A stretch of 64,000 nt of DNA, taken from contig CAVTTN010000002.1 of the NCBI GenBank assembly GCA_963737655.1, forward strand, positions 3,072,001 through 3,136,000, read 5' to 3'. The stretch comes from an uncultured Planctomycetota bacterium (GTDB lineage Bacteria; Planctomycetota; Planctomycetia; Isosphaerales; Isosphaeraceae). The notes below the pieces were generated by a model. That model had not been told where the DNA came from. It did no database searches and saw only the letters and a program-made list of their open reading frames with translations. Shown here in pieces: positions 58,457 through 64,000 of this stretch. Within the stretch, counting starts at the first letter, position 1; every line of letters begins with the position of its first letter. Made by a program: the position numbers and the translations under genes.

Positions 58457-60394
58457 ATGAACCCCGCGATCCTCGGTTTGCTGGCCGCGACCCTCGTGGG
58501 CCAGCCCACCATCACCGTGAGCCCGAGCAAGGCCGACCGCACTCACTCGGCCTGGCAGATGAGCCTCGCCGGGATCGACCGGCCGAGCGAACGGACCGTC
58601 GAGACGCTCAAGCGGTATGACCTCGAAGGCCGCTATCGCAAGGACCCGGACGGCGCTCTGGCCCTGCTGAAGAAGGGCGCGCGGAGGACTCCGGAGGCCG
58701 AGCTCGTCTACGCCCTGGCCGAACTCTCGTGGATCGAGGGGAGGCGCGCGGAGACCCGCCGGTTCGCCTCGCGTCGGGGCACGAACGCCCTGGATCACTA
58801 CGTCGCGACCGTGGCCTACGCGTTCGACTACCTGTTCGACCCCGACCTCGCCGCCGGACGGAACACGACCGATCCCCGGTATCGGCTGGCGTGCGACCTG
58901 TACAACGCCTCGCTCGACCGGCTCCTTCACGCCGCGAAGGGCCAGGACAAGGACAAGCTCCAGCCGGGCGGGGCCATTCGCCTGAAGCTCAATGGATCAG
59001 AACATGTCTTTCGTCTGGTGATGGGCGAAGGGACGCCCTGGAAGGCCGAAGACGTCGATGAGCTGCTGCTCTCGTCGGACTTCGAGGTCGCCGGCCTGGA
59101 CAGTCGGAGCCGGCAGTTCGGGCTCGGGGTGCCGATGATCGGCGTCCGCCGTCCGCCCTCGGCCGACGGCGATCGCGTGAAGGGGGTCGAGCGGTTCTAT
59201 CCCCCCGAGATGGCCTTCCCGCTCACGGCCGTCCTCCGGCCGACGAAGCGGCTGCGCGACGCCGACGAGGCCGAGGGCGAGGAGGGCCGCGAATGCGCGA
59301 TCGACCTGGTGGACCCGGTCCGCATCCGCACGCTCGGCCAGGGGCCGGACGCCGTGTCGATCGAATCGGACCTCACCACGCCCCTGGCTTACATGTGGTC
59401 GCGCACCGACCTGAGCCGCTATCGATGGAACGGGCTGTTCCGGCCCGGCGAGGCCCAGGGCCGCGCGGGGCTGATGCTCCTCCGGCCGTACGAGGCGGAC
59501 AAGATCCCCGTCGTGATGGTCCACGGCCTGGCGTCCAGCCCCCTGGCGTGGATCCCGATGCTCAACGAGCTGCTTCGCGACCCCAACATCAATCAGAAAT
59601 ATCAATTTTTCCTGTATGTGTATCCGACGGGCGTGCCCGTGCCGATCGCGGCGGCCGGGCTGCGTGATTCCCTGATCGACGCGCAGGCCGAGTTCGACGT
59701 CGAGGGGGCCACGCCCGATCACGAGTTCAACCAGATGGTCCTGCTGGGCCACAGCATGGGCGGGTTGCTGAGCCACGCCATGGCGCTGGACAGCGGCGAT
59801 CGATTCTGGGAGCTCAGCACCGACCGCCGGTTCGAGGACATCGCCGGGCCGCCCGAGGTCCTCGAGGAGCTCCGCCACTACACGTTCTTCAAGCCGCTGC
59901 CGTTCGTCCGGCGGGTGGTCTTCCTCGCCACGCCGCATCGGGGCTCGGAGATCGCGCGGAGGCTCGTGGGACGGGTCGTCTCGTCGCAGATCTCGGAACC
60001 CGACCGATATCACAGGCTCCTGATGGGTCTGGTGAAGGAGAACCCGGACGCCTTCAACGTCCGTCGATTTCGACATATGCCCACATCAATCGATACGCTC
60101 GAACCGGAATCCAAGGTGCTCCTCGCCCTCCTGGGGATGAAGCCGGCCGAGGGGGTGATCTTCCATTCGATCATCGGCTCGCTCCGGCCCGACGGCATCC
60201 GCGACACGACCGATGGCGTGGTGAGCTATCACAGCGCCCACATCGACGGCGTGGCCTCCGAGAAGGTCGTCCGCTCCGATCACGGCGTCCAGAAGGACCC
60301 GGTGGCGATCCTGGAGGTCCGCCGGATCCTCCACGAGCACCTCAAGGCCGACCTCGCCCGCCGCGCCGCCCCCGCCGGAGACGCCGTCCGGTGA
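58457..60394 (+). CDS. secreted alpha/beta hydrolase (lipase/esterase-like)
   Basis: Signal peptide; VMVHGL, GHSMGG, ATPHRGS, DGVV and a terminal His. Confidence 0.88.
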   Translation: MNPAILGLLAATLVGQPTITVSPSKADRTHSAWQMSLAGIDRPSERTVETLKRYDLEGRYRKDPDGALALLKKGARRTPEAELVYALAELSWIEGRRAETRRFASRRGTNALDHYVATVAYAFDYLFDPDLAAGRNTTDPRYRLACDLYNASLDRLLHAAKGQDKDKLQPGGAIRLKLNGSEHVFRLVMGEGTPWKAEDVDELLLSSDFEVAGLDSRSRQFGLGVPMIGVRRPPSADGDRVKGVERFYPPEMAFPLTAVLRPTKRLRDADEAEGEEGRECAIDLVDPVRIRTLGQGPDAVSIESDLTTPLAYMWSRTDLSRYRWNGLFRPGEAQGRAGLMLLRPYEADKIPVVMVHGLASSPLAWIPMLNELLRDPNINQKYQFFLYVYPTGVPVPIAAAGLRDSLIDAQAEFDVEGATPDHEFNQMVLLGHSMGGLLSHAMALDSGDRFWELSTDRRFEDIAGPPEVLEELRHYTFFKPLPFVRRVVFLATPHRGSEIARRLVGRVVSSQISEPDRYHRLLMGLVKENPDAFNVRRFRHMPTSIDTLEPESKVLLALLGMKPAEGVIFHSIIGSLRPDGIRDTTDGVVSYHSAHIDGVASEKVVRSDHGVQKDPVAILEVRRILHEHLKADLARRAAPAGDAVR

Positions 60395-60415
60395 TCGTCT
60401 GTCCATGAACACGAA

Positions 60416-60445
60416 TGCAGATGCATTTTGGTCGATGGATCTGCA
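60416..60445. terminator. hairpin after the hydrolase gene
   Basis: TGCAGATGCAT-N8-ATGGATCTGCA (one mismatch) followed by AGAATTTT. Confidence 0.4.
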
Positions 60446-60874
60446 AGAATTTTCGCCTGAATTGGATCGTCACCTGAGAAATCGTGATTTTCGGGGAAGT
60501 TGACTACACTTTGCGGTGCAGAGAAGAGATTGAGGCCGGAAATCTGTCCATTTGTCGGTGCGCATCGACTCTGCCACTTTGTCGGACAAATGACTCCGCG
60601 TCGTTCGGACAATCCGCCGATCCTGTTGGTGCGTAACGGGCTTGCGGCGCGGGACGCGTCCGGCTCCGGATCGGCGAAGGGTCCGAAATTTCGGACAACG
60701 CGCCCATCGAACGCGACGCGGTGATTCACACGTCTTCATGATAATCGCTACGACGCCCGGCGATCGGTCCGCGAATGGACCGATCGCCGGGCGGCGGGCT
60801 CTCGATGATACCTTCATCGAACTCGGGGCGGAGGGGCGGGCGGACGTCCCGCAAGGCCCCTCGCGCCCGTGTTT

Positions 60875-61603
60875 TCAGCGGAGAGGGACCGTGTACAGCC
60901 AGTCGCGGCCGTCGGTGGCCGAGCGGACAGTCAGGGTCATGGGCTGGTTGCCGGCGCGAGCCACGATCCATCGGAGGTTGCCGGGCTGCGTCGTCGCGAA
61001 GCCGTTGGACTGGTGGATCACGTCGCCCGGCCTCAGCCCGGCGCGGTCGGCCGCCGATCCGGGCGTCACGGAGACGATCTGCATCCCCGTCCCCTCGGCG
61101 TCCGTGGCCACGGTTTCCACGATCCCCAGGCCGTCCACGCGGTCGCCGACCGGACCGGGCGTGAACGTCGCGGTCGCCGGTGCGTATGAAGTCCACGTGG
61201 GGTAGGAAGAGTACGTGGGCGAGTAGTTGTAGCCGTAGCTCGGATACGAAGACGAGTTGCCGTAGTAGCCCGACCCGTAATAGCCCGAGTTGTAGTAGCC
61301 GGAGCCGAAATAGCCGAGATTGGAGAAGCCGTTGCCGTAGAAGAGGCGGGGCCGGTAGCCATATCCGTAGCCGGAGCCGGAATGGTGGACGGTCGAGCCG
61401 TGGTGGTAGCCGCCCGAGGAATGCCCGGAGGCGTGGTGGCCGCCGGAATGCCCGCCCGAGTGGCCTCCGCCGTGCCCGCCTCCGCCGCCGTGTCCGCCTC
61501 CGCCGCCCTTGGCCATCGCGGGGGGGCCGCCGAAGGCCAGGAGGCCGAGGGCCAGGGTCGCCGTCGAAATCATCGCCACGCCGCGCCGGTTGCAGGGAAT
61601 CAT
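60875..61603 (-). CDS. secreted Gly/His/Tyr-rich protein with C-terminal PDZ-like domain
   Basis: Signal peptide, GGGGHGG repeats, a Tyr/Gly/Ser tract, then LGI..GMQIVSVTPGSAADRAGLRPGDVI. Confidence 0.8.
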   Translation of the reverse strand: MIPCNRRGVAMISTATLALGLLAFGGPPAMAKGGGGGHGGGGGHGGGHSGGHSGGHHASGHSSGGYHHGSTVHHSGSGYGYGYRPRLFYGNGFSNLGYFGSGYYNSGYYGSGYYGNSSSYPSYGYNYSPTYSSYPTWTSYAPATATFTPGPVGDRVDGLGIVETVATDAEGTGMQIVSVTPGSAADRAGLRPGDVIHQSNGFATTQPGNLRWIVARAGNQPMTLTVRSATDGRDWLYTVPLR

Positions 61604-61881
61604 CGTCGCTCTCCCTCTCGGGGAACGCCCCGTCGATCGCTCGGAGTCGGGGCCCCGGCCGGACGGCCCCATCGGGGTTCTCGCCCCCGACATCTTTCGA
61701 TACGACGCCCGCGATCGGTTCGGGCCGGACGGTTCGAAGAAAATTCCGGGCTCGGGGATTTTTCCCCGAATTGCGGAATGCCCCGGGTCTCGATCGTATC
61801 CCCGGGGGGGACGGCGGTTGGCTTCGAGAGGGCCGCTCGCTACGATGGGGCCTCCATTCCCCGGGATCGGAGAGAGGCCCC

Positions 61882-63249
61882 ATGTCCGCGACCCTGGCCG
61901 ACCGCCTGGCCGATTTCGCCCTGTCCGTCCGCTTCGAAGACCTGCCCGCCGAGGTCGTCGCCGAGGCGAAGCGGCGATTGCTCGACGCCTTCGCCTGCGC
62001 CGCCGGGGCCCTGCATGAGCCGTCCTCGACGATCGCCCGGAGTCTGGCCTCTCGGGTGAAGGGCGAGCCGGGCGCGGCCCTGATCGGCGGCGGCCGGTCG
62101 TCGGCCGACTGGGCGGCGTTCGCCAATGGCGTTCATATTCGCTATCTGGATTGCAATGACACATATCTCTCGCTCGAACCGGCCCATCCCAGCGACAACT
62201 GGGCGGCCGTCCTGGCGGTCGGCGAGCACGTCGGGGCCTCGGGACGCGACCTGATCGCCGCGGCGGCGGTGGCCTATGAGGTCCAGTGCCGGCTCTGCGA
62301 CGCGGCGAGCATCCGGGCCCGGGGTTGGGACCACGTCACGTATGGATGCCTTTCCTCGACCCTCGCGGCGGCGAGATTGCTGGGCCTGGACCACGCGAGG
62401 GCCGTCCATGCGCTGGGGATCGCCGGGACGACCGGCACCGCCCTGCGACTGACCCGCGCCGGCGAGCTCTCGATGTGGAAGGGCTGTGCCTTCGCCCATT
62501 CCGCGAGAAATGCGGTGTTCGCGGCGCTGCTCGCCCACGATGGGATGACGGGACCGGCCCCCCTGTTCGAGGGGGACATGGGGTTCTTCCAGCAGGTATC
62601 GGGCCCGTTCGAGTTGACCCGGCTCGGCGGGCCGAGCTCGGCCGACTGGATGCTCCCGAAGACGTCGATCAAGTTCGTCCCGGCCGAGTATCACAGCCAG
62701 TCGGCGATCGCCGCCGCGTTCGCCCTCCGGCCGAAGATCGGCGACCCGTCGCGAATCCGGTCGATCGAGATCGCCACGTTCCGAACGGCCGTCGAGATCA
62801 TCGGCCAGGACCCCGAGAAGTGGCGTCCGAAGACCCGGGAGACCGCCGATCACAGCCTCCCGTACTGCACGGCCGTGGCCCTGGTCGATGGCATGATCTC
62901 GGCCGACCAGTTTTCGCCCGAACGCCTCAACGACCCGGCGTTGCTGGACCTCGTGGCGAGGACCACGGTGATCGAGGACCCCGAGCTGACCGCCGGCTAC
63001 CCCGCCGGCATCCCGAACCGGATCACTGTGACGCTCGACGACGGCTCGAAGCTCGTAGAACGGAACGACTTCCCGCCGGGTCACGACAAGAACCCGCTCA
63101 CCGATGGTCAATTGCGGACGAAGTTCGACGGCCTGGCCGTGGCCGAGATCGGCGCCGAGCGAGCCGAGGCGCTGTGGGACCGGGTGTCGGCGCTGGAGTC
63201 CGACCCTCGCCCGTGGGAGTCGATCGAGTTGATCCGTTCGGCCCGATGA
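61882..63249 (+). CDS. prpD: MmgE/PrpD family (2-methylcitrate dehydratase-like)
   Basis: RYLDCNDT, HPSDN, GWDHV, GELSMWKG, PAEYH and TADHSLPY; GGAGAGG RBS. Confidence 0.85.
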   Translation: MSATLADRLADFALSVRFEDLPAEVVAEAKRRLLDAFACAAGALHEPSSTIARSLASRVKGEPGAALIGGGRSSADWAAFANGVHIRYLDCNDTYLSLEPAHPSDNWAAVLAVGEHVGASGRDLIAAAAVAYEVQCRLCDAASIRARGWDHVTYGCLSSTLAAARLLGLDHARAVHALGIAGTTGTALRLTRAGELSMWKGCAFAHSARNAVFAALLAHDGMTGPAPLFEGDMGFFQQVSGPFELTRLGGPSSADWMLPKTSIKFVPAEYHSQSAIAAAFALRPKIGDPSRIRSIEIATFRTAVEIIGQDPEKWRPKTRETADHSLPYCTAVALVDGMISADQFSPERLNDPALLDLVARTTVIEDPELTAGYPAGIPNRITVTLDDGSKLVERNDFPPGHDKNPLTDGQLRTKFDGLAVAEIGAERAEALWDRVSALESDPRPWESIELIRSAR

Positions 63250-63259
63250 TCGACTGCGG

Positions 63260-63288
63260 TTGACCGATCGGCGAGCCGAGGGTAAGAC
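63260..63288 (+). promoter_or_regulatory. putative sigma70 promoter
   Basis: TTGACC-N17-TAAGAC upstream of the MBOAT gene. Confidence 0.4.
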
Positions 63289-63383
63289 CCTGGCTCGCGG
63301 AATCGGAGAAGTCCGCGCGCCGATTGGACGATGATTGGTGTTGTACGGGCTTCGCGGGCCGACGTCCCCAGGGAGGGGGTCGC

Positions 63384-64000
63384 ATGCTGTTCAACACGTA
63401 CAAGTTCGCGTACTTCTTCGGCCTGCTGTTCCCCGTCTACTGGCTGTTGCATCGGCATTTGCGGCTCCAGAACCTGCTGGTCCTGGCCGCGAGTTACTAT
63501 TTCTATGCATGCTGGGAGCCGAAGTTCCTCCTCCTGCTGATCCTCTCGACGGCCTTCGATTTCGGCTGCGGCCTGGCCGTGGACCGGATCGAGGACTCCC
63601 GCAAGCGCAAGCTGTTCGTGGCCATGAGCATGGCGCTCAACCTGGGAATGCTGGGCTATTTCAAATATTTCGACTTTTTCGCGACCAGCATGCAAACGCT
63701 CCTCGCCCGGGGCGGCCTGCACGTGTCGATCCAGCTCCTGCACGTGGTCATGCCGATCGGGATCTCGTTCTACACGTTCCAGTCGATGAGCTACGTGATC
63801 GACGTCTACCGCCGGGAGATCAAGCCGACGCGGGACCCGATCGAGTTCGCCGCGTTCGTGAGCTTCTTCCCTCATCTCGTCGCCGGGCCGATCATGAGGC
63901 CGACGACGTTGCTCCCGCAGATGGAAAGACGCCGGACGTTCAACCCTCAGCAGTTCTACGAGGGATGCTACCTGATCTTCTGGGGCCTCACGAAGAAGGT
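63384..64000 (+). CDS. MBOAT family O-acyltransferase (AlgI/PatA-like), 3' end beyond window
   Basis: MLFNT, ASYYFYACW, YFKY, PIGISFYTFQSMSYVIDVYR, FFPHLVAGPI and GLTKK. Confidence 0.92.
   Translation, partial: MLFNTYKFAYFFGLLFPVYWLLHRHLRLQNLLVLAASYYFYACWEPKFLLLLILSTAFDFGCGLAVDRIEDSRKRKLFVAMSMALNLGMLGYFKYFDFFATSMQTLLARGGLHVSIQLLHVVMPIGISFYTFQSMSYVIDVYRREIKPTRDPIEFAAFVSFFPHLVAGPIMRPTTLLPQMERRRTFNPQQFYEGCYLIFWGLTKK

Noticed and set aside
60428..60460. sigma54 promoter candidates on either strand
   Set aside because: GG-to-GC spacing is 11 rather than the required 10.
60557..60584. dif-like site (GGTGCGCAT resembles the XerC arm)
   Set aside because: No XerD arm (TTATGTTAAAT-like) at the required spacing.
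61200..61510. Short tandem repeats resembling a CRISPR array or VNTR
   Set aside because: They are codon repeats of the Gly/His/Tyr-rich protein, with no repeat-spacer structure.
61180..61881. N-terminal extension of PrpD (689-aa ORF)
   Set aside because: It overlaps the minus-strand PDZ gene; the RBS and homology start at 61882.

Overview
High-GC bacterial DNA whose gene content (DUF1559, DUF1549/DUF1553 cytochrome c, DUF1501, PVC-type haem protein, PEP-CTERM) points to a planctomycete, probably Isosphaeraceae-like (inference). From left to right: (1) a compact four-gene minus-strand operon with its own promoter, encoding a WXG100-like protein, a coiled-coil protein, a second short WXG100-like protein and a membrane FtsK/SpoIIIE ATPase that runs off the left edge; this is a candidate minimal type VII-like secretion system in a diderm; (2) an acyl-CoA synthetase, a flavin reductase and a large haem protein; (3) a 1058-aa unknown membrane protein and an M24 peptidase; (4) an OscA/YezD-DUF1559-DUF1549/1553-DUF1501 cluster with an operator-like palindrome; (5) a complete nuoA-N operon with a perfect Rex/CRP-type box upstream and two foreign-looking, translationally coupled small genes inserted between nuoE and nuoF; (6) tandem secreted paralogues, fabZ, trmB, purF, proB, a PEP-CTERM protein and a Tat-signal TPP enzyme; (7) a Wzm/Wzt polysaccharide locus with two double-GT4 enzymes; (8) an alpha/beta hydrolase, an AT-rich motif-bearing intergenic region, a PDZ protein, prpD and an MBOAT acyltransferase running off the right edge. 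Seven genes carry single-base frameshifts, mostly in G/C runs, which look like long-read sequencing errors. No rRNA, tRNA, CRISPR array or transposase was recognised. All family calls come from motif recognition by eye, not from database searches.
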